Assembly (NCBI GenBank): GCA_965243135.1
Contig: OZ251539.1
Span: forward strand, 768,001-832,000
Source: Alphaproteobacteria bacterium
GTDB lineage: Bacteria; Pseudomonadota; Alphaproteobacteria; MPNO01; UBA830
DNA length: 64,000 nucleotides
Reading direction: 5' to 3'
Made by a program: the position numbers and the translations under genes. The notes beneath the pieces were generated by a model. It did no database searches. It saw only the letters and a list, made by a program, of their open reading frames with translations, and was not told the DNA's origin. Positions within the stretch are counted from its first letter, which is position 1, and every line of letters starts with the position of its first letter. This document shows, piece by piece, positions 51,776-61,319 of this stretch.

Positions 51776-52782
51776 CCGCCGCCGCGATCCTGGAATGCGA
51801 AGGCGTGACGCGCGTCTTCAGGATTCGCAAGGGGCCGCTGGCGCCGGCGCGTGCGTTGCGGGCCGTCAGCGACGTTTCCCTGTCGGTCACCCGCGGCGAG
51901 GCGCTCGCCGTGGTCGGGGAATCCGGCTGCGGCAAGACGACGCTGGCCCGCATGCTGCTCGGTCTGCTGCCGCCGACAAGCGGCCGGATCACCTTCGAGA
52001 GCAAGTCCATTCGCCAGGCCGGTCGAATCGCCGTCGCGCGCCAGGTGCAGCCGGTGTTCCAGGATCCGTACTCCTCCCTGAATCCGAGGAAGACCGTCGA
52101 GCAGATCGTGGGCTTGCCGCTTGTCGTCCACAAGCTCGGAACCCCGGCCGAACGGCGGCGGCGGGTGCGGGAAATCATCGAGCTCGTCGGTCTTCCCGGA
52201 CATCTCTCGCAGGCCTATCCCAACCAGCTCTCCGGCGGGCAGCGACAGCGCGTCGCCATCGCCCGGGCGCTGGCGATGAAACCGAACGTCGTCGTTTGCG
52301 ACGAACCGACTTCCGCGCTCGACGTTTCGGTGCAGGCGCAGATCCTGAATCTGCTGCAGGAACTTCGGCGCGAGTTGAATCTCACCTACATATTCATCAG
52401 CCATGATCTGGCGGTCGTCGAACGCATCGCCGACCGGGTGGCGGTCATGTATTTGGGGCGTCTGGTGGAGCTGGGGGAGACGGGGCGCGTATTCGAAGAG
52501 CCGCGCCACCCGTACACGCGGATGCTTCTGCAGTCGATCCTGACTCCGGATCCGGCGCTGGGCCTTCCAGACATCCGGGGAGGCTTTCCCGATCCCTTGA
52601 ATCCGCCGGCGGGGTGCAGCTTTCATCCGCGCTGTCCGGAGGCGAGGACGGAATGCGCCGCCTCGCGCCCCGGCGCCGTCGTCGACGGTCCCGATTTTGT
52701 CGAATGCCATCTGTGGGACGTCCGGGAAAAAGATTCGCCGCGCAAGCGCGTCGCCGCGGCGGTTTCGGGCGCGTCGCCCTGA
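51772..52782 (+). CDS. Oligopeptide/dipeptide ABC ATPase (DppF-like)
   Basis: [24 protein letters not shown] and FHPRCP motifs. Confidence 0.9.
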   Translation: MTAAAILECEGVTRVFRIRKGPLAPARALRAVSDVSLSVTRGEALAVVGESGCGKTTLARMLLGLLPPTSGRITFESKSIRQAGRIAVARQVQPVFQDPYSSLNPRKTVEQIVGLPLVVHKLGTPAERRRRVREIIELVGLPGHLSQAYPNQLSGGQRQRVAIARALAMKPNVVVCDEPTSALDVSVQAQILNLLQELRRELNLTYIFISHDLAVVERIADRVAVMYLGRLVELGETGRVFEEPRHPYTRMLLQSILTPDPALGLPDIRGGFPDPLNPPAGCSFHPRCPEARTECAASRPGAVVDGPDFVECHLWDVREKDSPRKRVAAAVSGASP

Positions 52783-52844
52783 CCGGAAGCTCGGACGCGG
52801 TTCGACGTTCGGCGCGGTCCGCGCCTGCGGGGTCGAAGGCGGCG

Positions 52845-54263
52845 ATGGCGGAAAATAGCGTACTCGTCTGGTTCCGCCGGGATCTGCGGCTTGCCGATAA
52901 TCCCGCTCTCTCGTGGGCAGCCGATACCGGGCGGCCGGTCATTCCGGTCTTCATCCTGGAAGCCGGCGACTGCGGTCTCGGCGCGGCCTCTCGCTGGTGG
53001 CTGCATGGCAGTCTTTCCGCTTTCGGCGAGGCTTTGGAGCGCTTGAACAGCCGCTTGATTCTCCGTCGCGGCCCGGCCGAGCGGACGATCGCCGCGCTTG
53101 CACGAGAGACGAAAGCGGGAGCGATCGCGTGGAACCGCCTCTACGACCCCGGCGCTGCCGAACGGGACGGAAAGGTCGAGGCGCACTGCCGCAAGAACGG
53201 GGTAGAGCCGCATTCGTTCAACGCCTCCCTTCTGTTCGAACCCTGGACCGTCCGCACCGCTCAAGGTTCGCCATATCGCGTCTTCACTCCGTTCTGGCGT
53301 CAATGCCTGAGTCTGGAACCGGATTCCCCGGGCCCTTCGACGCCGTCGCCGGTTCCGCCCGCGTCGTGGCCGGCGAGCGAAGCGCTCGAAACCTGGAACC
53401 TGAGAAGCCATGGCCGGGCGGCGGCCTTCCTCGGCGCATGGCGGCCCGGCGAAGAGGGCGCTCTGCAAAGGTTCGAACGCTTCCTGAACGACGGCGTGAC
53501 GACGTATCGCGAAGACCGCGACGCACCGGGCGAATCGGGAACGAGCAGGCTGTCGCCGCACCTGCATTTCGGCGAAATCGGGCCGCGTCAGATTGCCGCC
53601 GCGCTCGGCTGGCTGCGTGAAGGGGAGGGCAGGAGCGCCTTCATGCGCGAGCTCGGCTGGCGGGAGTTCAGCCACCATCTATTGTTTCACAATCCTGACA
53701 TGGTCGCGATCAACCTGCGGCCCGAGTTCGATCGCATGCCTTGGCGGGACGACGCCGAATCCCTGCGGCGCTGGCAACGCGGCCGGACAGGTTATCCTCT
53801 GGTGGACGCGGGGATGCGCGAGCTCCGGACGACAGGCTGGATGCACAACCGCGTGCGCATGGTCGCCGCTTCCTTTCTGACGAAGCACCTGATGATCGAC
53901 TGGCGGCTCGGCGCGGAATGGTTTTTGGACGCGCTGGTCGATGCGGACTTGGCGAACAACAGCGCCGGGTGGCAATGGGTCGCCGGCTGCGGAGCCGACG
54001 CCGCCCCTTATTTCCGGATCTTCAATCCCGTCGCGCAATCGAGGCGTTTCGACGCCGGCGGAGGGTATCTCCGGGCCTGGTTGCCGGAGCTGCGCCGGCT
54101 GCCGGACAGGCTGATACACGCTCCCTGGCAGGCGCCGGCCGCCGCCTTGGCGGAGGCCGGGATTCGGCTCGGCGAAGACTATCCGCTTCCCGTCGTCGAG
54201 CACGCCGAGGCTCGCCGACGCGCGATGGACGCCTATCGAACGCACGTCAGGCGGAACCTCTGA
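52845..54263 (+). CDS. phrB: Deoxyribodipyrimidine (CPD) photolyase
   Basis: WFRRDLRLADNPAL, TSRLSPHL, WREF, MHNRVRM and PYFRIFNP motifs. Confidence 0.93.
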   Translation: MAENSVLVWFRRDLRLADNPALSWAADTGRPVIPVFILEAGDCGLGAASRWWLHGSLSAFGEALERLNSRLILRRGPAERTIAALARETKAGAIAWNRLYDPGAAERDGKVEAHCRKNGVEPHSFNASLLFEPWTVRTAQGSPYRVFTPFWRQCLSLEPDSPGPSTPSPVPPASWPASEALETWNLRSHGRAAAFLGAWRPGEEGALQRFERFLNDGVTTYREDRDAPGESGTSRLSPHLHFGEIGPRQIAAALGWLREGEGRSAFMRELGWREFSHHLLFHNPDMVAINLRPEFDRMPWRDDAESLRRWQRGRTGYPLVDAGMRELRTTGWMHNRVRMVAASFLTKHLMIDWRLGAEWFLDALVDADLANNSAGWQWVAGCGADAAPYFRIFNPVAQSRRFDAGGGYLRAWLPELRRLPDRLIHAPWQAPAAALAEAGIRLGEDYPLPVVEHAEARRRAMDAYRTHVRRNL

Positions 54264-54487
54264 CGGATCTCTTTCGCCGGCCCGGCTTCCGCAAGCGACC
54301 GCGAGTCAGGTTCGTCGGCGCGCAAGCGCGCCGCAGGGCGGTTTCGCGGACCGCGCGCGGCCCGACTTCCGCAAAACGGTCGCGACGCCCGTTCAGCCGA
54401 CTGGAAGTCCGGCAACGCGGCGTCGCGACGGGCGGCGAAGTTCCCCGATAGTCTCTTCCTTCCGACGAAGCGCCCGGGCGCCGAACG

Positions 54488-56014
54488 TCAGCGAGCCGCC
54501 GCATTCTCCCAGTCCCACGTCCGCTCGAAGGCGTGCGCCGCGCGATACACGGTGCATTCGTCGAAGCGGCGGCCGACGAGCATGAGGCCGACCGGGCGGT
54601 CGCCCTCGCCGAGGCCGCAGGGAATCGAGATCGCGGGATGGCCCGTGACGTTGAAGGGCGCGGTGTTGCCGATGGCTTCCCAGCAATGCTGCATCGTTTC
54701 CAGGAATCCGGCCCCGGGCTCCGGGATTTTCGAAGTCATCATCCGGGCGGTCGGCATGAGCAACAGATCGCGGCCTTTCAGCGCGTCGTCGTAAGCGGCT
54801 GTCAGCAGCCGCCGCTGGTTCTGGGCCTTGGCGTAATAGCGGCCGCCGTAGGATCTGTTGACGTGGCGGGCGAACAACAGGCCGAATTTGAACGTGTCGG
54901 GGAACTCCGCCGCGCGCGGCGCGGCGGCGTGCATCGCGTCGACGAGCGACGTCGGATAAACGCCCGGAGCGTTCCAGCCGAATCCGTTTCCCCGATACAT
55001 TACGTTGTACATCCCGTCCATGCAGATGCCGCCCCAGATCGCCGGACCGGCCTCGTGCATCGGAACCGAAACGTTCTCGACCGCGAGGCCTATGGACGAA
55101 AGGTGTTCGGCGGCGGCCCTCACGGCGGCGTCAACGTCGGGATGGGAATCGAAGCGCTCGAAGCCCTCGCCGACCACGGCGACGCGAAGTCCGGCGGCAT
55201 CGCCCTCGAGCGCGTCCGCGTAGTTGTCGACATGCGGGACGCGCTGGCGCGGATCGAATCCGTCCTCGCCCGCGATCGCCTGCAGGAACAGCGCGTTGTC
55301 GGCCACGTCGGCGGTGATCGGGCCCGCGTGGTCGATGGTGTTCTCGATGCCCATAACGCCGGTGTAGGGAACCAGGCCGAAGGTCGGCTTCAGGCCGACG
55401 ACGCCGGAAAACGCCGCCGGAATCCTGATCGAGCCGGCCTGGTCGCCCCCGAGCGCCATGTCGACTTCTCCGGCGGCGACGAGCGCGGCGCTTCCGGTCG
55501 ACGATCCGCCCGGCGTGTATCCGGGATTTCGCGGACTGTGCACCACGCCGCTCGCCGAGGTGGAACTTCCCCCCGACACGCAAAAGTACTCGCAGACCGA
55601 CTTTCCGGCGATCGTGCCCCCGGCGTCGAGGATTCGGGTGACCACGGTGGCGTCCATGTCCGGGACATAGCCCTCGAGAACCGAAGCTCCGTTCATCATG
55701 GGAACGCCGGCGACGCAGGCCGAATCCTTGATGGCGACCGTCTTTCCGGAAAGGATGCCCTCGTCCGAGCCTTTGATTTCCGCCTTGACGTACCACGCTC
55801 CGTGCCGGTTTTCCTCGCCGGCGGGACGATGCCAGCCGCCGCGCGGATATTTCGCCTCGGGCAGCGGGTCGGGCATGTCGTCCAGGGCGTTGTAGGCGTC
55901 GGCGAACGGCTCCATGAAGGTCAGCACTTCGGCGACGTAGCGGTCGTCCATGCCGAATCCGATTTCGTCGCCGATTTCCTTCAGCTGGTCGGCCGTCGGC
56001 AGTTCGAATGTCAT
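54488..56014 (-). CDS. Amidase-signature amidase, paralogue of 48861-50426
   Basis: GGSSTGS and GDQAGSIRIP motifs; extensive shared segments. Confidence 0.92.
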   Translation of the reverse strand: MTFELPTADQLKEIGDEIGFGMDDRYVAEVLTFMEPFADAYNALDDMPDPLPEAKYPRGGWHRPAGEENRHGAWYVKAEIKGSDEGILSGKTVAIKDSACVAGVPMMNGASVLEGYVPDMDATVVTRILDAGGTIAGKSVCEYFCVSGGSSTSASGVVHSPRNPGYTPGGSSTGSAALVAAGEVDMALGGDQAGSIRIPAAFSGVVGLKPTFGLVPYTGVMGIENTIDHAGPITADVADNALFLQAIAGEDGFDPRQRVPHVDNYADALEGDAAGLRVAVVGEGFERFDSHPDVDAAVRAAAEHLSSIGLAVENVSVPMHEAGPAIWGGICMDGMYNVMYRGNGFGWNAPGVYPTSLVDAMHAAAPRAAEFPDTFKFGLLFARHVNRSYGGRYYAKAQNQRRLLTAAYDDALKGRDLLLMPTARMMTSKIPEPGAGFLETMQHCWEAIGNTAPFNVTGHPAISIPCGLGEGDRPVGLMLVGRRFDECTVYRAAHAFERTWDWENAAAR

Positions 56015-56189
56015 CGATTTTCCTCCTGCGGCGGGGTCGCGCGCCCCTCGGTTGTTTCCGGTCGTCGGTCGGGGAAGAGTATCGGAAAAGGGACGTTTCG
56101 GCACGGCGGGGCGGAGGACCGCGCCGTTTCGCGCCCGCGAATCCGACCGCTTCCGGGTTCCTCGAAATCAGGGGACAGGCGCGAAGGAT

Positions 56190-56535
56190 CTATGTCGGGC
56201 GGCATCGCGGTCGAAAGCGTAGGTCGTCGCACCGCGTTCCCGGTTGCGCCGGGCGATCCAGCAATCCACGAAGTCGGCGGTCGCGGTTTCGAATTCGCGC
56301 AGCGCAGCCCCGGCCGTATCGCGATCTTCGACGAGGAATTCGGCAGTTTGCGGAACGGATCACGGACGCGACGAGGCGCTTCTCGTAGCGGCAGGCAGCC
56401 GCCAAGACCCATGTCAGCTCCGCTAGAACCGGAATGCAGATGTACGACTCCGCCATGGCATCGGTTTTCGACGAGGCGTATCGCAGCTTCCGCCTGCTCG
56501 GGATCGTCCTGAGTGACGCACAAGAGCGTTGGTAT
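56190..56535 (-). pseudogene. VapC/PIN toxin remnant, paralogue of 59396-59794
   Basis: TQDDPEQAEAAIRL, YICIPVLAELTWVL and YEK fragments with frameshifts. Confidence 0.8.
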
Positions 56536-56764
56536 TGAAAACAAGAATTGTGGAATCGCTGTTCACGTCTCATATGCGCTCGTCCGCGCATACATGCGAT
56601 AATCGTCTGTCATTCTATAATTTTCCTCGATTTCCGACTCGTTTTCGGTTTGCGTTGTCGCCGCGGATACGCTTCAATACGCCCCGGTTTCAGTTCGCCC
56701 GCTTGCGGAATGCTTACGGTAGGCACGGCGCACGGTGCCACTCGACCGGGCGCGCAAGGAGGCG

Positions 56765-57075
56765 ACGGCGATCCGTCTTCTGATGCTCACCGTGTGCCGT
56801 CTCTCGGAGGTCCAGAATCTGCGCTGGGAGTATGTCGATCTCGACGCTGGCGAGTTGCGGCTTCCCGACACCAAGACCGGCGCGCGCGGTCCCGCTGGCA
56901 CTGTCGGCCGTGAAGCTGTTGACGACCCTGCCTCGCGACCCGACAACCCTGGGTGATCGCGGGCCGCAAACCGGGCGCCCATCTCACCGACCTGGAACAC
57001 CCCTGGCAACGCATCCGGGCGTGCGCCGGGCTCGACTATGTGCGCCGACCTGCGGCACTCCTTCGCCGCGCGCAT
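56765..57075 (+). pseudogene. Tyrosine recombinase/integrase C-terminal remnant
   Basis: LLMLTVCRLSE..LRW..VD..LPDTKTG and DLRHSFA fragments across frames. Confidence 0.8.
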
Positions 57076-57116
57076 CGGCGACAGCATCGAGCGCGATCTG
57101 ACAGAGGTGGAATAAC

Positions 57117-57170
57117 GGGCGTGCAGGATGAGTCCGTGCGAAACAGGATGTCGCCTGTCAGGACCGTCCC
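57117..57170 (+). ncRNA. Degenerate hammerhead-ribozyme-like sequence
   Basis: GATGAGTCCGTG-CGAAAC-AGG-loop-CCT-GTC; core C3U4 and stem II are degenerate. Confidence 0.25.
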
Positions 57171-57185
57171 CGCATCACTTGGCGT

Positions 57186-57199
57186 ATCTCAATTGAGAT
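57186..57199. promoter_or_regulatory. Perfect 14-bp palindrome, probable RelB/DinJ autorepression operator
   Basis: atctcaattgagat, 30 bp upstream of the antitoxin ATG. Confidence 0.55.
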
Positions 57200-57229
57200 T
57201 CATATAGTTGGCAAATGGAGGAATGCCCA

Positions 57230-57529
57230 ATGCCCGCTCAGACGTCGATGCTCCATGTCCGCGTGGACGATCAACTCAAGACCAAAGCGGCCGACACGCT
57301 GGCTGGCGTTGGCCTGACGCTCTCGGATGCCGTGCGCATCCTCCTGACCCGTGTCGCCGCGGAGGGTGGGTTGCCGTCCGGTCTTACCACCGACCCCGAA
57401 GCCCATGACGCGTGGTTCCGCGCCAAGGTGCGGGAAGCCCTGGACGATTCGCATCCCGCCGCTCCACACGAACAGGTCCTGAGCGACTCGCAGGCACTGA
57501 TCGATGGAAAGCGCCGTGCGCGGTCTTGA
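57230..57529 (+). CDS. RelB/DinJ-family antitoxin
   Basis: LHVRVDDQLKTKA..LAGVGLTLSDAVRILL..EGGLP; HDAWFRAKVREAL. Confidence 0.88.
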   Translation: MPAQTSMLHVRVDDQLKTKAADTLAGVGLTLSDAVRILLTRVAAEGGLPSGLTTDPEAHDAWFRAKVREALDDSHPAAPHEQVLSDSQALIDGKRRARS

Positions 57530-57919
57530 ATGGAAGACTTTGGAAGTCGCCGATGGCCATTGTCGATTATATTTCGGACGACAGGCCGCCCAAGCCCTGA
57601 AGGAAGATATCGAGACCAAGGTGTCGCGTTTACGGGACAATCCACGACTTTACAGAGTTGGTCGTGTGGACGGCACTCCGAGATGGTCGTGCGTTCGAAC
57701 CAGCAATTCCCGCTAAGGCGGGCGCATGTCCAAAAGGTACGCCGAGAAGGCGAAATTACCAATGGACAAGCCGCCACGACATAAGAAAATCCCTCATTCG
57801 AAGGCAAATTGCACCGAAATACCCAGAAAAATCTACGAAAAATTTTTCTGAAACCTCATATTTTCCAAGGATTAGAGCCTTAGCGGGAATTGCTGCGTTC
57901 GAACTACCTCGTCGTCTAA
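57516..57919 (+). pseudogene. RelE/ParE toxin with frameshifts and a MITE insertion
   Basis: LEWK..AIVDYI..NPRLYRVGRVDGT..EMVVRSN[MITE]YLVV. Confidence 0.8.
57701..57895. mobile_element. 195-bp MITE related to the IS at 36069-37717; 9-bp TSD CGTTCGAAC
   Basis: Perfect TIRs cagcaattcccgctaagg / ccttagcgggaattgctg; TSD at 57692-57700 and 57896-57904; subterminal similarity to both IS ends. Confidence 0.92.
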
Positions 57920-58069
57920 GACCCCCACACTGTCACGATACTTCGGGTGCTGCATGCTGTTCAGCAGTGGCCCGAAACATGACGACGGGCAGTCGGCCAT
58001 CTCGACAAACGCTCATGATCGGAGCCTGCTCGCCCTGTAGCGTGTAACTGGTGGTTTTGCTGGCGTCGC

Positions 58070-58455
58070 GGCGAGAAGACAGGGCTATACGGGGCAGCCC
58101 TCAGCGTCACGCTCCCGAATTCTCGAACGGCAAGCGCCGCCGCCAATCGGCGCACTCTCGCCGCGGCCGCGGCGTCCCAGCGTATTGCCATGCTTGAGAC
58201 GCGCCTACTCCCGAAAGGTCGCCGCGTCCATCGGCAGGACGCTGTAGCCGGCGACGATCTGGTCGCGCCAGGATGCGAGTTCTTCCGCCTTAGCTTGGTC
58301 CTGCTCGCGCGTGATCTCAATGCCGGCTTGGATCTCGCCGACCGTGACCGCGGACAGGAACAGCCGATCCGCGGGAATCCCCCAATTCAGCACCCCCTTG
58401 TGAGGTCTGGGACGGCGGAGTTCCGAGACGATATTGGTGTCCAGCAGATCTACCG
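58070..58455 (-). pseudogene. VapC/PIN toxin with nonsense codon (58205-58207) and degraded start
   Basis: LLDTNIVSELRR..LSAVTVGEIQAG..FRE* (TAG where W is expected); eroded C-terminus continues beyond. Confidence 0.75.
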
Positions 58456-58457
58456 GC

Positions 58458-58718
58458 CTACTCGAAGGCCGATGCCGGGCGGTGGCCGTGCCGCGCACGG
58501 GGCGGCGCGAGCATCTCCGTCCGGGCTTCCGGCGCGAGCAGCAGCGCCTTCAGATCGGGTTGCGCCAGTTTCCGCAGCCTCCGCCACTGTTCGATCGGCA
58601 GCAGCACCGCCACCTCCACGCCATGCTTGGTCACGATCTGCGGCCCTTCGCGGGCGCTCGCTTCGAGAAACGCGCTGAACCGGGCCTTCGCCTCCTGAAC
58701 CTGCCAAGTCTTGCTCAT
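58458..58718 (-). CDS. Phd/YefM-family antitoxin
   Basis: WQVQEAKARFS..EGPQIVTKHGVEVAV motif; RBS AGGAG. Confidence 0.9.
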   Translation of the reverse strand: MSKTWQVQEAKARFSAFLEASAREGPQIVTKHGVEVAVLLPIEQWRRLRKLAQPDLKALLLAPEARTEMLAPPRARHGHRPASAFE

Positions 58719-58945
58719 GTCTCTCTCCTTGGCGCCGATAGCCCTAACTACTTGTATGACCACCGGGAGCCGGCCGCAAGGCGGCGCGTTTCGGGAAAAC
58801 GCAGCGCCGGACCTCGAATGTTTCGCGAGACCGGCCGGAACCGGAAACTTTTCCCATACCCCGGTCGCACGCTGTCGCAAATCTGCGCTGGTTTGTCACG
58901 ATTCCGCTGGAAATCCGCTTCTTGACCGTGTTGTGGAAACCATAC

Positions 58946-58960
58946 GTTCAATCTATGTTC
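58946..58960 (+). promoter_or_regulatory. Alphaproteobacterial LexA (SOS) box GTTC-N7-GTTC
   Basis: gttcaatctatgttc, downstream of TTGACC (58922) and 6 nt before ATG 58967. Confidence 0.6.
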
Positions 58961-59395
58961 GTGCTCATGATCGACGACACGCAGGCCCCGTGCGACGCCG
59001 ACGCTCCCGGTCGGCTTGACGGCGCGAACAACGCGGCTCGCTCCGAAATAACGGCGACGGACATAGCGCAAGTCCCGAGGCAGTCGCCGTTCTCGCAGGG
59101 CTCCACTACGCTGGCGGCAGGCTCAAGCGCAGGCGGCGCCGTGCTTGCCGAGATCTTCGCTCAAGCGGTTTGGCACGTTCGTTCTCGCGAAGGCCCGCCC
59201 GTACCCTGCACGAAGCCGTTGTCGGCGTCTTAGACTCGCAGGCTTCGGTCCGGGCTTCGACGCCTGCATGAACGGAGTTCTTCGCAAACGGTTTCCATGA
59301 TATCGGCGAGACGAGAGCGAGCGGCTCGCCAAGCCCGCGGCGGCCGGAGCGCAAAGTCGGCTCCGCGTTGGCAAATGCTTCGGAATTCGGCGATG

Positions 59396-59794
59396 TCAGG
59401 CGACGAGCGCGAAGGAATTTTGTCGGGCGGCCTTGCGGTCGAACGTGTAGGTCTTCGTGCAACCGCGTTCCTGGTTGAGCCGGGCGACCCAGCAATCCAC
59501 GAAGTCGGCGCTTCCGGTTTCGAATTCGCGCAACGCCGCCAAAGCCGTATCGCGACCCTCGACGAGGAATTCGGCCGTTCGCAGAATTTGGCGGAGCACG
59601 GATACGACGAGGGGCTTTTCGTAGCGGTAGGCAGCCGCCAAGACCCATGCCAACTCCGCCAAGACCGGAATGCAGATATATCCTGGCGACTCTGCCGTAC
59701 ATCGGCTTTCGATCAGGCGTATCGCTGCCTCCGCCTGCTCATGGTCATCTTGAGTGATGTAGCGTACAAGAACGTTGGTATCGAGACCGATCAT
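59396..59794 (-). CDS. VapC/PIN toxin
   Basis: IGLDTNVLVRY, VLAELAWVL, ADFVD and TFD motifs. Confidence 0.9.
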   Translation of the reverse strand: MIGLDTNVLVRYITQDDHEQAEAAIRLIESRCTAESPGYICIPVLAELAWVLAAAYRYEKPLVVSVLRQILRTAEFLVEGRDTALAALREFETGSADFVDCWVARLNQERGCTKTYTFDRKAARQNSFALVA

Positions 59795-60024
59795 CGTGCG
59801 ACCATTTGCGCGATGGATTCGTTCATTTCCTCCACGCTAACCGGTGTATCGGGTTTGGGCAGCATACCCTTCAGTTGCGTCACCGACGTCGTGACCGGCG
59901 TGACCCGCAGGGTGCCGTCGCTCTCCAGCGCAAAGTCGATTTTGTCCCCGGGTTTCAGGCAAAGCTTGTCCCGAAACCGTTTGGGCAGCGTTACCTGCCC
60001 CTTGCTCGTGATAGTCGCCAGCAT
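59791..60024 (-). CDS. AbrB/MazE-type antitoxin
   Basis: ATITSKGQVTLPK..LKPGD motif; ATGA coupling to vapC. Confidence 0.9.
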   Translation of the reverse strand: MLATITSKGQVTLPKRFRDKLCLKPGDKIDFALESDGTLRVTPVTTSVTQLKGMLPKPDTPVSVEEMNESIAQMVAR

Positions 60025-60040
60025 TACTTTTCCATTCATT

Positions 60041-60058
60041 CCTTACTATAGAGTAAGG
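60041..60058. promoter_or_regulatory. Inverted repeat CCTTACT-N4-AGTAAGG, probable TA operator
   Basis: Immediately upstream of the AbrB-type antitoxin. Confidence 0.5.
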
Positions 60059-60382
60059 GATTCGGTTGACAAACTCAAGGCCGGATGGCGAGACATTCAT
60101 CAAGCTCGTGACAAGACATTTGATCGGCGAGTCGTGAACGACAGATGTTTGTCCTTGGCGAGAAAGTGCGTCCGGCGGCGGGCCGGGCTCGGCCGAAACC
60201 GGAATGGGCAATGTCGCCGTGCCCGGGAACGCGGCATGGCTGCGGCGTTTCGTGGAGACCGGGCATGCCGCTTGTCGTCGACGGTCCAATAATGCTCGCA
60301 GGCGAACTCGCGGCCTGAAACAGGATGCCGCAGGCTCTCTTTCTCCCTTTTCTGCGTCCGGCTATAATCCCGCCATGAGAGC

Positions 60383-61210
60383 GTGGGCGAATACTGTACA
60401 AGCGGGCCGGTGACCCGCTTCGAGGATCAGCGGCTGCTTACCGGCCGCGGCGATTTTCTCGAAGACGGAAACGCGCATCGTCGGCTTCTCGGCCACGTGT
60501 TGCGCTCGCCACATGTCCATGCCGAGATTCGCTCTATCGATTCGTCTGCGGCGCAGGCGTTTCCCGGGTTGGTCGCGGTCGTTACCGAGCGCGACCATCT
60601 CGACGTAGGCCGGCGGCCTGTTCTCCATATCGGGCCGCCAGTGAAGCGCAGGGGCGGGCCGGACTTCTCCATGACTGCGTGCGCATGGTCGGCGAGGGCG
60701 TCGCTTTCGTGGCCGCCGAAACGGCCGTCCAGGAGCGGGACGCCGCCGAGGCGATGGACTATGCGCCGCTGTCGGCCCGCATGGACGCTGCGCTTCTTGA
60801 CGGCGGGCCCGGGGGCGACGAAGGGCCGGTTCGCGAGAGCGGCGACCGGGAGACGACCGACAAGGCGTTCTCCAGGGCGGACCGTGCCGTCGAACGCCGT
60901 TTCCGCCTGAACCGCGTTCTTGGCAACGCGATGGAGACGCGCGACTGCACGGCGATTCACGGCTGGCGAAGCGACCGTTGCACGCCGCGCGCTTCGATAC
61001 GGCGGGTCGCGCGCAGTGTCGTCGCGGACGGAAGATTTCTCCGATTTCCAGGTCAGGAAGAATGCGGCGCCGACGGCCGCCGATCCGCTAGGCGTCAAGG
61101 GAGTCGACGAAGCCGGCGCGCTGCCGGCAGCGATGAACGCTGTCGCGGAGGCGCTCTCTTCCATGGGAGCGGACGCTCCCGACATGTCGGCAACGCCGCT
61201 TCCGGAGGCG
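60383..61210 (+). pseudogene. Internally deleted CoxL/XDH large-subunit pseudogene
   Basis: RFEDQRLLTGRG, RSPHVHA and VAAET N-terminal fragments joined to C-terminal PLGVKGVDEAG..AMNAVAEAL. Confidence 0.8.
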
Positions 61211-61319
61211 CGCAGCGCGAAGGAGGCGCGACCCTCCGGGAGCCGAACGGACTGCGTGATTCTCCGCAGGCGGGCGCCGCCTCGCGTCGTCAAACCTCGG
61301 AAGTTCCGGGAGACGGGCG

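Noticed and set aside
56020-57200. tRNA or att site next to the integrase relic
   Set aside because: No tRNA cloverleaf or att-like direct repeat recognised
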